A DNA stretch of 64,000 nt, taken from Octopus bimaculoides. Taxonomy: Eukaryota. The notes beneath the pieces are model-generated. The model was given only the letters and a program-made list of their open reading frames with translations, was not told the origin of the DNA and made no database searches. Positions within the stretch are counted from its first letter, which is position 1. Every line of letters begins with the position of its first letter. The DNA lies in NCBI RefSeq assembly GCF_001194135.2, contig NC_069006.1, positions 25,979,054 through 26,043,053 on the forward strand, in the 5' to 3' direction. Positions 34,261 through 47,095 of the stretch are shown one piece after another. The position numbers and the translations under genes are program-made.

Positions 34261-36032
34261 ATTATGAATAGACTGATCTTCTGTTTCTGGTGTCAACGAA
34301 GTGAATCTAAGACTGCGAAAGGGAGGAGTCGGTGTTTGGCTACGGTTTCAGATTTGATGAGATCTTTTGCATAGATGTCGGCCATGAGATAAAAGCAACG
34401 ATGCTCTGAGATGTCAGCCATGTGGGTGTGGTGTGCGTGCGGATCTGTGCCCCTGTGTCTTTGTGTGTGTGTGTGTGTAAGTGTGTATGTGTTTGTGTGT
34501 ATGTATCTGTCCTTTTGTGTGTGTGTGTATCTGTGCTTGTGTGTGTGTGTGTGAGGGGGGTGTTTGTGTGGGGGTGTATGTGTGTATTTATGCCTTGTGT
34601 TTGTGTCTGTGCTTCCGTGTGTGTGACTGTATGCGTGAGTGTTTGTGGGNNNNNNNNNNNNNNNNNNNNNNNNNNNNNNNNNNNNNNNNNNNNNNNNNNN
34701 NNNNNNNNNNNNNNNNNNNNNNNNNNNNNNNNNNNNNNNNNNNNNNNNNNNNNNNNNNNNNNNNNNNNNNNNNNNNNNNNNNNNNNNNNNNNNNNNNNNN
34801 NNNNNNNNNNNNNNNNNNNNNNNNNNNNNNNNNNNNNNNNNNNNNNNNNNNNNNNNNNNNNNNNNNNNNNNNNNNNNNNNNNNNNNNNNNNNNNNNNNNN
34901 NNNNNNNNNNNNNNNNNNNNNNNNNNNNNNNNNNNNNNNNNNNNNNNNNNNNNNNNNNNNNNNNNNNNNNNNNNNNNNNNNNNNNNNNNNNNNNNNNNNN
35001 NNNNNNNNNNNNNNNNNNNNNNNNNNNNNNNNNNNNNNCGTACATGGTGGTGATGGTGGAGGTTGTAGTAGTTACGTATGGAGAGAAGAATTATCGTAAT
35101 TAACTCAGTGAGGAGTGGTGCAGGGACGGTGGTGGGGGAGGAGGCACCGGTATGATGTAGAAATATTCCAAAAAGACCACTGAACCAACTTGAAGAATTA
35201 CACGACGGGTGGGGAGCCGCGGGGCAGGGGTGTGGGGCAGTAACACTACTACCACCACCGACCATAACCAACCAACACCACCCCCAAACTTTACATGTAC
35301 TCTTCTGATTATTGCGGGTATCAGCAAAAATGATGATGTCTTTCCCCCAGTTACCCACTTAAAAAGAAAAAACAAAAAAAAACACATCTATGCTAGTATT
35401 AACAACAACAACTGCAACAACAACAAGACATTGCTGCTGTCTGGCAGACTTGTCTTCCAGCTCAACAAACTTATTTAGACTACAATAATATCACAGAGAA
35501 AAATGGGCAAATTTGTTGTTTGGTTTAGTTTTATTTTGTAATTTTTATTTTTTTTTTATTTTTCTCACAGCGAGACATTTTTTTAGGTGTTTTAGTAATG
35601 TTTTTTTTAGTTGTACCTACCTACAACTACCCTCCTCCGCCCCTCCCGTTGCCATCATCATCATCACTCCACCTGATAAAACACACACACACACACACAC
35701 ACTCCAGACATGGTTTAGTTTTTCATTACTATTTTTTTTCCGGGGGGGTTTCTCTCTCTCTCTCTCTCTCGCCCGTTTCATCGTCAACCACCTAGAAAAC
35801 CCTGGATCAAACGAAAAAATGGTCTAAAAGTAGCACCAAATGAAAAAATCTACCGACATAGCCGTTGCTGTCGTTGCCGTCGCCACCGATAAATGCTTAG
35901 AGAACATCAAATAAGCTAATTATCTCTCAGTCGATTGCCATAGAAAGATGCCACACACAAACAGACAAGCAGCATCACGAGAAATAGCATGCAACAGTCT
36001 TGGCACTCATGCATGCACACACACACATGCAT

Positions 36033-36067
<35 letters not shown>

Positions 36068-36294
36068 GTATGTATGTATGTGTGTGAATACCTGTGTGTA
36101 AATATATATTTATAATGTACATATGTAGATAAATGTTATACATTATGTGCGTGTGTATTGTGTGTGTGTGTGTAAACATATTTATAGATATATAATGTAT
36201 ATATGTATATATATATAATGTTTATATATATACATATATATATATATGATGTTTATATATATATATATACATACATACGCACGCATACATATGT

Positions 36295-36472
36295 ATGCCA
36301 CCTGTGCCAACACTTTCAGAGTGGTTGGCGTTAGGAAGGTCCCCCAGCTGTAGAAAACTGCCAACACAGACTGGAGTCTGGTGTAGTCTTCTGGCTTGCC
36401 AGCCCTGGTCAAACTGTCCAACCCATGCCAGCATGGACAACGGATGTTAGATGATGATGAGGATGATGATGA
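36295..36472 (+). mobile_element. Family D (RTE-type 3' end)
   Basis: GAGTGGTTGGCGTTAGGAAGG..CAAACTGTCCAACCCATGCCAGCATGGACAACGGATGTTAGATGATGATG. Confidence 0.85.
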
Positions 36473-36499
36473 TATATATGTATATAAATATATATACCT

Positions 36500-36674
36500 G
36501 AGTAAGCACATAAATGGGAAACAAGGTGGAAAAAAGAGTACTCAAATACCAGAGGTAGAGTAATATGCTTTATTTAAAAGCAGCAGAAATATAACAAAAA
36601 GCTGTTACTCAGAGTTTCACGTTCCTGTTCGTCGGACAAACAGGAACGTGATGTTTCTGCTGCTTTTAATAAAG
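36500..36674 (-). mobile_element. Penelope-like terminal repeat, family E, with fold-back duplication
   Basis: Same body as 24827; inverted arms CACGTTCCTGTT/AACAGGAACGTG and CTTTATTTAAAAGCAGCAGAAA/TTTCTGCTGCTTTTAATAAAG. Confidence 0.75.
36602..36639 (-). ncRNA. Minimal type I hammerhead ribozyme motif (U4C variant)
   Basis: UUGU CCGACGA AC-AGGAAC-GU GAAA CUC-U-GAG UA^ACAG: stem I 4 bp, core, stem II 2 bp, GAAA, near-palindromic stem III, GUA cleavage triplet. Confidence 0.6.
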
Positions 36675-37475
36675 TATATATATATATATATATATNNNNN
36701 NNNNNNNNNNNNNNNNNNNNNNNNNNNNNNNNNNNNNNNNNNNNNNNNNNNNNNNNNNNNNNNNNNNNNNNNNNNNNNNNNNNNNNNNNNNNNNNNNNNN
36801 NNNNNNNNNNNNNNNNNNNNNNNNNNNNNNNNNNNNNNNNNNNNNNNNNNNNNNNNNNNNNNNNNNNNNNNNNNNNNNNNNNNNNNNNNNNNNNNNNNNN
36901 NNNNNNNNNNNNNNNNNNNNNNNNNNNNNNNNNNNNNNNNNNNNNNNNNNNNNNNNNNNNNNNNNNNNNNNNCCCCTCTCTCTCTATCTCTCTATCCTCT
37001 CTCCCTCTCTCTCTCTTTCTCTCACACACGTGCATGCATACAACCCAATTATGCTTACAGGCCCACATACACAAACACACACACACACACACACACACAA
37101 ACTTGCATTTCCACACATAAATAGATACACACACATATGCGCGCAAACACAGAGCTTCCAGTCTGCCTTGCACCCACATATTCACATGTAAATACCCTTC
37201 GTTCTGCAGGCATTTTTATCAGAAGTGACAATATTTGTCAGAGATCAAAACAGAGAAATGTCACATGTAAGTGGAACTTGATGCTCCGCCCTTTTCTCTC
37301 CCCACCCCTGCCCCATTATACACACACATGCACACACTTGTTTTCATTAGCAGATTTGCTACAGTAACTCAAGGGCCTTCAGCTATAGGCCACAGCACTT
37401 ATCAAATGCTATGGATATATTTTTAGAGAAATAACATTAGAGGTTGACTGTGACATCATGTTTCACTGTCTTAGC

Positions 37476-37627
37476 TGTGTAGTTATGAAATCTGCTTTCC
37501 AACTACAGCATTTGGGGGTTCAACCCCACGTAACGTCACTTTGGGTAAGGGTCTTCTACAGTAGCCCAAGATAGACCAAAGATTTGCGAGTGAATTTGGT
37601 ACATGGAAATTGTGCAAATGAGCTTGT

Positions 37628-37632
<5 letters not shown>
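37476..37632 (+). mobile_element. SINE family A, 5' half, diverged
   Basis: GGTTCAACCCCAC..TTTGGGTAAGGGTCTTCTACAGTAGCC..GAGTGAATTTGGTACATGGAAATTG. Confidence 0.7.
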
Positions 37633-37682
<50 letters not shown>

Positions 37683-37964
37683 GCATGTATGTATATGTGT
37701 ACAAATCCAAGAGAAATGACAGGAGAAAAAACAATGCAACGAGACAGTTGGTCACTATCCCCAAAAAAGGAGTTCCAGGAATATTCCCATCAATAGAAAT
37801 GGTGCTGGATAAAGTGTGTGGCTCCAGAATGGGGACAACTTCGAGGGGGGTTAAAGGCCGAATTGATGTAGATTGGAATTTTCTTCTTATAGCGCCAATC
37901 TCTGATAGTTTTTGGTCAGGCTTTGTATATACAAACAAGTATAGCATCTGTAGATGTATGTTGA

Positions 37965-38009
<45 letters not shown>

Positions 38010-38113
38010 CATACAAACACATGTATATACATACACACATAAGAGTTTTCTTTTTTTATATATTTATGTATTGAAATGCTGCAAGCTGTGTGTTACAGGG
38101 TTTGAAACAGTGG

Positions 38114-38159
<46 letters not shown>

Positions 38160-39052
38160 GCGCGCTGAGCTTAACAACAGCCACTGAGGAGGGGGGGGCA
38201 GAGGGGGAGGCTGGCAGGCAGGCAGGGGTGATGTTTTAATCCCAGAATCAGCAGATATATATATGTGTGAACTTTTGAAATAGCAGCAAGCAGTTCTGTT
38301 GTCCTTCTAGGCTCACATTACCAAAGACTGGCTGCAACCTGCAAATGCGTGTGATTGGAGGAGTTTGAGAACATTAGTAACGAGAGCAGAGGTAGTGATA
38401 CGGAGGAATCGCAAAAATTATTGTTCTAAACCAGCCAAACTATTTGCTTTCTGCCTCTTTCTCTCTCTCTTCCTCTCCCTCTCTCTCTCTCCAAGCTATT
38501 TGGCATATTTGTTAGGGTAACCCATACCGGTATGAAAGCTAAAACAATAGGAAGTGCATTGTGACCAGTGATGTATAACAATATCCAAAAGTTTGGTCAA
38601 CACCATCATACCACAATATAAATGTCAAAGGTGAAACATGTATTCTGTTGGGGCAGGGTGATGGCTTCCTCCCAAATCTTTTTGCAACACAGAATATAAA
38701 TTCTAGATTTTTTTTTTTTTTGTTGGAATGTTTCTGTCCCTAGTTGTTGTTCAAAGCAAAGATTTATGACAATTTCAATTAATGTTACTAAAACAACAGC
38801 TGTAACATCTGTGAAATATTGGAATCATAATATCTGGATTGAACCAACCCACATAAAAACGAAAATCTTAAAACAATTGCAATCTGTGGAATAGTTCAGC
38901 TCTGGATCCCATATTACGATATTAAAGTATTCTTGGATGTTTCTGTACAGACTGGCATCTGTGAACTGGTCGCACGGTTATGGTAAGAACGAATAGATAT
39001 ATAAATGTCTTGATAGACGGATTGAAAGATACAGCAAAACCTATATTGATAA

Positions 39053-39093
<41 letters not shown>

Positions 39094-39637
39094 CGTATAC
39101 AGACACCCATAATTATAAGTACACCTACACACACACATATATCTTGTGACATATGCTAAGGAGCTGAGGAGGAATAAATATGGTGATAAGATTTGCGTGA
39201 TAGCTGTGGAATTTTGCTAATCTACTTTCAAGGGAATGTCAGGTGTTCTTAAAAGTCACGTTAATTGATGCTGTTTTTTGGCGCAGGATGGAGCGACAGC
39301 TGATGATGGCTTTACTTATAGAATGCGGTTGTGGAGCTGATGGCTTTAGGTTCTTGGAACAAGAAACAGATGGATGAACCGATAGACAGACGGAAAGACA
39401 AACGGACTGACAGGTGGACAGGCGTTCATGGTTTATTGCTTTTGGCTGAGAATTCTGTCAACCTTCAGCTATTTTCTTATCTTATCTTATATTGCTATTT
39501 GAGCGAAATTCGAAAATTTGTCTGTAATTTCTTGCTGGTTGAGTAACCACATCAGAATGATCTATGTTGGTGTGTGTGTCTGTGTATATGTGTGTATGCA
39601 TGTGTAAGTATATACGTGCATACACACACACACACAG

Positions 39638-39830
39638 TTTTATTAAAGCCAAAAGGGTTTCACAAACTTCAGAGCTTCATGTAACCATTCATCGACTGAC
39701 TAATGGTCATGTGAAACTCCGAGTAACGATCTGTGAAGTATTTTCAGCTTTAATAAAATAGTATTTTGCTCTGCCTTTGGTATTCGAGTACTATTTTTCC
39801 CACCGTGCTTTTGCACCTATATGCTTACTT
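39638..39830 (+). mobile_element. Penelope-like terminal repeat, family E, with fold-back duplication
   Basis: Perfect 12-bp outer arms TTTTATTAAAGC (39638-39649) / GCTTTAATAAAA (39747-39758); CTGACTA ATGGTCATGT GAAA CTCCGAG TA at 39696-39725; tail CTCTGCCTTTGGTATTCGAGTACT..CCCACC..ATGCTTACT. Confidence 0.7.
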
Positions 39831-39992
39831 ATATGCATACATGTGTGTGTGTGTACCCATTTAGTGTTGACTATTAATGCTCAATAAGCATTAATTTTAC
39901 ATGAATGTGACATGAACATAATATCCTTGGACGGAAAAAAATATACATTTGGATGTTGTGCTTATGCAGTCATTCTAGCAGGCTTATATATA

Positions 39993-40130
39993 TACGATGG
40001 GCTTCTTTCAGTTTCCATCTACTAAATCCATTCACAAGGCTTTGGTTGGTCTGAGGCTACTGTAGAAAACATTTCTCCAAGATCCCACACAGTGGAACTG
40101 AACCCAGAACCATGTGGTTGGGAAGCAAAA
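39993..40130 (-). mobile_element. SINE family A, 5' half
   Basis: GGGCTTCTTTCAGTTTCCATCTACTAAATCC..GAACTGAACCCAGAACCATGTGGTTGGGAAGC on +. Confidence 0.85.
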
Positions 40131-41060
40131 ACATCTCTTTATAACTTTATGTAAGAAGTCGTAGAAGAATTAATGTATTTTAATTAAATGTCTCCCAATT
40201 ATTGATTATTTAAAATATTAATTAAAATACATGGATTGCGCATTTCATTAGAACAACCATTGCCCTGAAAGAGTGAATTCCAAGACAATCCTCAATACTG
40301 TTGCTATTAAAACTGTGCTGGTTTAACCTCACAGACATCTGTTTCTTTTGATGATTAATGCTAATGAATTTAATGACATCGAAATAATTAACCATCAGCT
40401 GAATATATTTACTGTAGACTTTAGACCGTTATCGTTGTGTAGACAGAGAACTGATTGTAGATCAATAAGGTTGATGCATGATTGATATAATGGTGTTCTG
40501 AGATTTAATGTTTGTCAAAGAACAAAGATTACAGCTGTTTGTTGTTAACAGGGGTCAAACTGACCAATTTTCAAACCAAACTAACCAAACTTTGACCACT
40601 TCGTTAAGTTGGTTTCGAGCTTTTATTTATTTAATTTAACTCCTTCTGTGTGTTTGTGTATGCTTTTGTGTGTGTGTATGTGTGTGTGTGTATGTGTGTG
40701 TGTGTGCCATTTGTTACATATATACGAGGTCCTTAACATGGCATCGAAGCCATTAGTAGTACATAACATCAAAACAGAAATAGGAAACCCAATGACAAGA
40801 CTGTAACACTTCTCATGTTATATGCCCCACCACCCCCTCCGACCATGCCCTCCCCAACTCTCCACTGAACTCCTTTTGTTATGCAATGCAAATTTTTCTG
40901 CACATTTTTGCTGCCGCTGACAACAACTGCTTGAAATATTCTTGGATTGTATTTCATCAGATAAACACTTGGCTCAGTTGATGGGGTTCCTATCAAAACA
41001 GGTCTGAAGCTTCTTGTGGGAGTTTGGCAACAACTAAAGTAACAGCGATACACTGTTCGT

Positions 41061-41109
<49 letters not shown>

Positions 41110-41260
41110 CTCTCTGTGTCTCTCTCTCACCCTCTCTTATATGTATGTGTGTGTGTGTGTGTGTGTGTGTTTATTTCTTTCTTTTACACTCTCTCATATA
41201 TATATTTATATATATATACATTTATATGTGTGTATATCTCTCTCTCTCTCTCTCTCTCAC

Positions 41261-41490
41261 TCAGGTGGTGAGCTGGGCAGACTCCTTAGCATTGCTGGGC
41301 AAAATGCTTCACAGCATTTCATCTGTCTTCACATTCTGAATTCAAATTCTACCAAGGTCAACTTTGCCTCTCATCATTTCGGGGTCGATAAATTAAGTAC
41401 CAGTGAAAAACTGGGGTCCATGTAATTGACAAGTCCCCTTCCCCCAAAATTTCAGGCCGTGTGCTTTCAGTAAAAAGGATTATTACCATT
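41261..41490 (+). mobile_element. SINE family B, full length
   Basis: GGTGAGCTGGGCAGA head, TTCTGAATTCAAATTC, GGGGTCGATAAATTAAGTACCAG core, AAAAAGGATTATTA tail. Confidence 0.9.
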
Positions 41491-42016
41491 TTAACCATTA
41501 TTATTATTGTTATTATTATTTATGTGACCAAATTCTGTAACCCACGCCTATTTATACATTGCCATTCTGTAAATATAACAGGTTTTGTTTTGTTTTTAAA
41601 GAAACAGGCATCTGGGAAAAGTCTCTGCACATGCACGCACACACACACACACACATTCTGAACTGTTAGCATATATAAATACATTTAAATCTACATGTGT
41701 GTGTGTGTGCGCCTGTGTTTGTTTATTTAATGTAAACTCATTCTATTTACAAAGTGTCTTAGTCAAGGAATCTATTAGAAGTGGGTTCTAATGAGGTCTA
41801 TGATACAGAACAAACTGCTGCTGCTTCATGTGGCCACAGCAGCAGCAAACAATGTCTTTAATAAAGAAAACATCAAAGGAATGGTTCCTTGCTAATCCAA
41901 CATTACCAAAAAATATGATGAAATTTTCTTTTGGCTGCGACTTCTTTGTTGTTAATGAAATAAGCAAAATAAAGAAACAAGAAATGTTTCTAAAATGATG
42001 GGATGCAGTCAGAGAT

Positions 42017-42090
42017 GAGTGTGACTGTGTGGTTAAGAAGCTGGCCTCATCATCTCATCATTCTGGGTTCAATCTCAATGTGCAGGACCT
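42017..42090 (+). mobile_element. SINE family A head fragment
   Basis: GTGTGACTGTGTGGTTAAGAAGCT..CTGGGTTCAATC. Confidence 0.55.
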
Positions 42091-42092
42091 TT

Positions 42093-42183
42093 GGAATTTT
42101 AACTCAGAACATAAACGGGCAAAGTGCCACTAAACAGTTTGTCTGGCACGCTAACGATTCTGCCAGCTTGCTGCCTTAATTAA

Positions 42184-42222
<39 letters not shown>

Positions 42223-42410
42223 GCTTTGAATTTTGGCATAAGGCCAGCAGTTTTGAGGGAGGGGTTAAGTTGATTACATCGACCCCCAGTGTTAAGCTGG
42301 TACTTATTTTATCAACCCCCGAAAGGATGAAAAACAAAGTCAACCTGAGAACTTGAACTCAGAATGTAAAGGCAGACGCAAAGCAGCTGGGCATTTTGCC
42401 AACGGTTCTC
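42093..42410 (-). mobile_element. Two tandem SINE B copies (42410-42186 with (TTA)n tail; 42178-42093 head only)
   Basis: Reverse complement of the B core and heads, separated by (AAT)n. Confidence 0.85.
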
Positions 42411-42464
42411 CACCCTCATAACCCAGTTCTCCACCCTCATAACCCAGTTCTCCACCCTCATAAC
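42405..42464. repeat. 21-bp tandem repeat x3
   Basis: GTTCTCCACCCTCATAACCCA at 42405 and 42426, and 18 nt of it at 42447, all identical. Confidence 0.95.
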
Positions 42465-42744
42465 ATTGGCATAAAGACAGAAATCTACAGAGAACGCGAA
42501 AAGTCNNNNNNNNNNTCAATAAATATCATCAACTGAAATTTTTGACTCGACCATCATCAATTGATGTTTCAGCATCTACTTCATCAAATGTGCCTAAGTA
42601 TAATCAGCCCTTATTGATTCAAACAAATCAAGTCAGAAATGAAAGATTTATACAGAGATGAAGTGTTTTTTTTTTCTGACGACTGTTATGTCGTTTGTCT
42701 GCCTCAGACATTTCATGCAACCGTTTCCTGAATTTTAAGGGTTA

Positions 42745-42886
42745 AATTGATTTGGGAATCTATCGACCCCAGAATGGTGAACGGCAAAGTTGGCTTCAAT
42801 AAAATTTGAACTCGCGATGTAAAGACCCAAAAGAAAAACCACCAGGCATTTTGTTGGATGCTCTACCGATTCTGGCTTGGTTGCCA
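42745..42886 (-). mobile_element. SINE family B, diverged
   Basis: TATCGACCCCAGAATGGTGAACGGCAAAGTTG..TTTGAACTC..GGCATTTTG..CGATTCTG on +. Confidence 0.7.
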
Positions 42887-43309
42887 GGTTATTATGAATG
42901 ATTGCTGTAGAATTTTAATAATCGTCCAACAGAATGGTTTCTTGTCTGTTTTTTTTTTTTTCTTTTGGATTTGCTTTATATTAAATTGGTAAATATTAAT
43001 GAAAACTGATCAGCACACCTACTCACCCACACACCCACCCACACACACACACGTCAGCAATCAATATATGCACATATTGCACTAATAACGAGCAGATTAA
43101 TTGTTCAGCCAAAAAGACAAACGACATCACAATTGCTCCAGAATGTTAATGAAATGAGTTTTGTTGGTTGGAAGGAATCGCAGCATCTTGCCATCAATAA
43201 CCACAAAACTTGTCATTTCATCAAATATTTGCAACCTATCAAACCCACGTCTTCTCTGACACATGTTTTGCCATTTGCTGTTTCCTCTTGCATGATGACG
43301 ATGACGGCA

Positions 43310-43500
43310 TCACAATGATGACGATGACGATGACGATGGTGATGATCTTGGTGGTGATGACAGTAGTGATTTTGATGGTGTAGTGGTAGTGGTGGTGGCA
43401 GCAATGGCGGTTGTGGTTGTGGTGATGATTGTGGCTGTAGTGGTGGTGGTAGTGGGGGTAGTGGCTGCGTTGGTTGTGGTGGTGGTGGTGGTGGTGATGC
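43310..43500. repeat. (GAT/GGT)n trinucleotide field
   Basis: Direct inspection. Confidence 0.9.
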
Positions 43501-43759
43501 ACTTTGGGAGGGGGGTGAGCAGGCACAAATGCAAAACACACATCTTTGCTAATTTCCTGTTTGTTTTCTCATCGTTTTTAGCCAATAATAAGGACACCCA
43601 CTTGCTCTTGCACGCCCACCCCCGCTCCACCCCCACACACACATTGGCCGTCCTTGTTCATTCCTCCTCATGGAGTTGTTTGTTTTAGTGGTGATGGCGT
43701 GACAGAGAGTGGAGCAAGTTATGATAACCAATAGGAAATTCGTCACTGCCATTTATACA

Positions 43760-43797
<38 letters not shown>

Positions 43798-44389
43798 GGC
43801 TCAGGAAAGTAGGTTCCGTTACTCTGCTATTTACATTCACACCTGCTGCCACTTCCAGCAAACACCTCCTCCACCTCTATTCTTTATTAGCTCCTCCCCC
43901 TCCTCATCATGAGTTTCGTCATTCAATTATTCAAATGATTGTTTTAATTAAATCTTACCATTCATCTCTAGGAGGGCCTCTGCGGTCCACACATCCAGCC
44001 CCAGATCTCTTGAACAATGTCTAACTGGTTAAGTGGAATAGTTTACCTCGGAACACCATTGGTACATTGTTTCCTCTTAAAACGGATCCTGGTTTCCACA
44101 GACTGGATTCTCAGAAGACTTCAGTTCAACCCCTGTGACCCTAGGGACACCTCTGTATTATAACAAGTTGCTGTTTCCTCTGAAGAATATTAGGGAATGC
44201 TGCATTGAAACTTTCCTAGAATCAGTTACCATTTTAGATTTACAGAGAGAACCTTTCCTACCTTGTGGCCTGACACACTTCAAGACTCTCTACACAGCTG
44301 AAGCTAATTTACGTCTGACATCATACACAGTGCTGTGTGTTAAATTCTTTGTGGCACTGGTGGGGTGGGGTGGGTGTGGCCATGACTGG

Positions 44390-44610
44390 GACGACTGTTG
44401 TGACGATGACGATGATGATGAAGATGGCAACAATAACGATGCTGATACTGGCAGTGGTGGTGAGGAAGGGGATGATGATGGGGTGAAGAGGGTGGTGGTG
44501 GTGATGATGATGACATTGACGATGATGATGATGACATTGACGATGATGATGATGACTGTGGTGATGATGATGATGATGACAATAACGATGATGATGATGA
44601 TGATGATTAC
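44390..44610. repeat. (GAT)n trinucleotide field with a duplicated GATGATGACATTGAC unit
   Basis: Direct inspection. Confidence 0.9.
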
Positions 44611-45065
44611 TGTGGTGATATTGAACGTCACAGTACCAAAAGCCTTCCCCACCTGAAGCAATTTCTTATCAAAAGACCAAACTTTAAAGAACGGTCGAGA
44701 TTGATGCCATCCTCTCTTGGCTCTGTTTTGAGTGAAGAAACTTCTGGAATTTCAAACACAAAATCGATTCTAAGAACATCAAAGTGAGACAGGGTCACCG
44801 GCTATCCCTGTGCCTAAATTTGTTATTGAACTCAACCGACATGAAAGGGTTTCAAATTGGTCTTGTTACCTGCAGTTCACAGAATTCTGTTTCGTCTGCT
44901 AGAGAGATGTCGTACACCCACACATCATCCATATTTCATGAAATCATGCTTTCAACAAATTCGTTTCATATATATAAACATGAATGTTTTTATTTATCAT
45001 TTATTGTAAATGTTTTATTATTGTTGTTGTTGTTGTTGTTGTGGTGGTGGTGGTGCTGCTGCTGC

Positions 45066-45155
45066 TTCTTAGCGGTATTTCGTCTGCCACTACATTCGGA
45101 GTTCAGATTCCATCTAACCCATGCCAGCATGGAAAGCAGACGCTAAATGATGATG
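45066..45155 (+). mobile_element. SINE B head fragment fused to a family D tail
   Basis: CTTAGCGGTATTTCGTCTGCCACTACATTCGGAGTTCAGATTC, then CTAACCCATGCCAGCATGGAAAGCAGACGCTAAATGATGATG. Confidence 0.65.
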
Positions 45156-45872
45156 TGAATTTAGTTTGAACCCTTTTCAACCCTTCTAGACACCTCCCTA
45201 CGATGGGGGAAAGGGGCCTAGTTACCCAGTGACAACCACTGCAAGACAAAAATAGGTACCATAGAGGGGTACTCGGAGTGCCAATGTAGTCAGAAGCAGA
45301 CATAAACACCCTCCTATGTAAATTGTACACTGTTTATACAGGGATAATTAGGGGTTGTGTCAAGTTTACGAGGACTTTGTTAAATCCTAACTGTGAGTTT
45401 GGTTCCTGGATCTTTCTTTGAGCAGGAATCACAAAAGATGTGTTAGCAATGTGGCTTCACTTCTTATTGTTCCACCAACACCATTCCATTGTGGAGTGAA
45501 AACACCACCATCCAGTTCTCTTGTGCCTCTTCTCCATTGTTGTTTTGTTGTAACGTCTCGATTGGTTTGTAAGCTAACGAAACCATCTGTTCTACATCTA
45601 CAACTATTTATAAATAAATACAACATGAATGAGTAAACAGACGGCATCTATTTTATAGGATAATGTTCAGGTTTGTATTTAATAATGTTGAACATTAACA
45701 CTATTTCACTACCCTCACAACACCACTTGTGTGTGTGTGTGTGTGTGTGTGAATATTTGTATGTTTGTTAGATATACTGACTCATGACAAAATCCTCATG
45801 CAATTTTATAATGACTTTAGTTTTATTTGTGGGAAAAAATTAATCTGTGAAAACAATCCTCCTCCTCCTCCT

Positions 45873-46011
45873 CATCATCATCATCATTTAACGTCCATTT
45901 TCCATGCTGGTATGGGTTGAACCATTTGACAGGAGCTGGCATGGCTGGAGAGCTACACCAGGTTACAGTTGCCTGCTTTGGCATGGTTTCTATGGCTGGG
46001 GCACCACCTTC
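45873..46011 (-). mobile_element. Family D (RTE-type 3' end)
   Basis: (CAT)n TTTAACGTCCATTTTCCATGCTGGTATGGGTTG..GGCATGGTTTCTATGGCTGG on +. Confidence 0.8.
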
Positions 46012-46278
46012 AAAGGTTTCAGTCTATCATATCAACACCCCCTTCCTTCCACGACCACCACCACCACCATCACCACTAACTCACCCCCACCTCACCCAAC
46101 CCCCTACCCCATACCTATTTCTGTCTGGTGGTACTTATTTTATCGATCTACTATTTATCAAGTGGCTCACTGACTAGGAGCCGATGCACTGCACAGGGTG
46201 GAGTGTGGAGGGGGAGGGGAGGCACAGGGTGGGTTGACCCTGGCAGTGTGTAATGTCAAATATATAAACACAAACATA

Positions 46279-46314
<36 letters not shown>

Positions 46315-47060
46315 ANNNNNNNNNNNNNNNNNNNNNNNNNNNNNNNNNNNNNNNNNNNNNNNNNNNNNNNNNNNNNNNNNNNNNNNNNNNNNNNNNNNNN
46401 NNNNNNNNNNNNNNNNNNNNNNNNNNNNNNNNNNNNNNNNNNNNNNNNNNNNNNNNNNNNNNNNNNNNNNNNNNNNNNNNNNNNNNNNNNNNNNNNNNNN
46501 NNNNNNNNNNNNNNNNNNNNNNNNNNNNNNNNNNNNNNNNNNNNNNNNNNNNNNNNNNNNNNNNNNNNNNNNNNNNNNNNNNNNNNNNNNNNNNNNNNNN
46601 NNNNNNNNNNNNNNNNNNNNNNNNNNNNNNNNNNNNNNNNNNNNNNNNNNNNNNNNNNNNNNNNNNNNNNNNNNNNNNNNNNNNNNNNNNNNNNNNNNNN
46701 NNNNNNNNNNNNNNNNNNNNNNNNNNNNNNNNNNNNNNNNNNNNNNNNNNNNNNNNNNNNNNNNNNNNNNNNNNNNNNNNNNNNNNNNNNNNNNNNNNNN
46801 NNNNNNNNNNNNNNNNNNNNNNNNNNNNNNNNNNNNNNNNNNNNNNNNNNNNNNNNNNNNNNNNNNNNNNNNNNNNNNNNNNNNNNNNNNNNNNNNNNNN
46901 NNNNNNNNNNNNNNNNNNNNNNNNNNNNNNNNNNNNNNNNNNNNNNNNNNNNNNNNNNNNNNNNNNNNNNNNNNNNNNNNNNNNNNNNNNNNNNNNNNNN
47001 NNNNNNNNNNNNNNNNNNNNNNNNNNNNNNNNNNNNNNNNNNNNNNNNNNNNNNNNNNNN

Positions 47061-47095
<35 letters not shown>

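Noticed and set aside
35540-35590. Strong isolated acceptor TTTTCTCACAG at 35570
   Set aside because: Not followed by GT and no good donor within exon distance.
37690-37940. About 80-codon stretch open on both strands
   Set aside because: No splice signals or recognisable motifs; ORF length inflated by flanking microsatellites.
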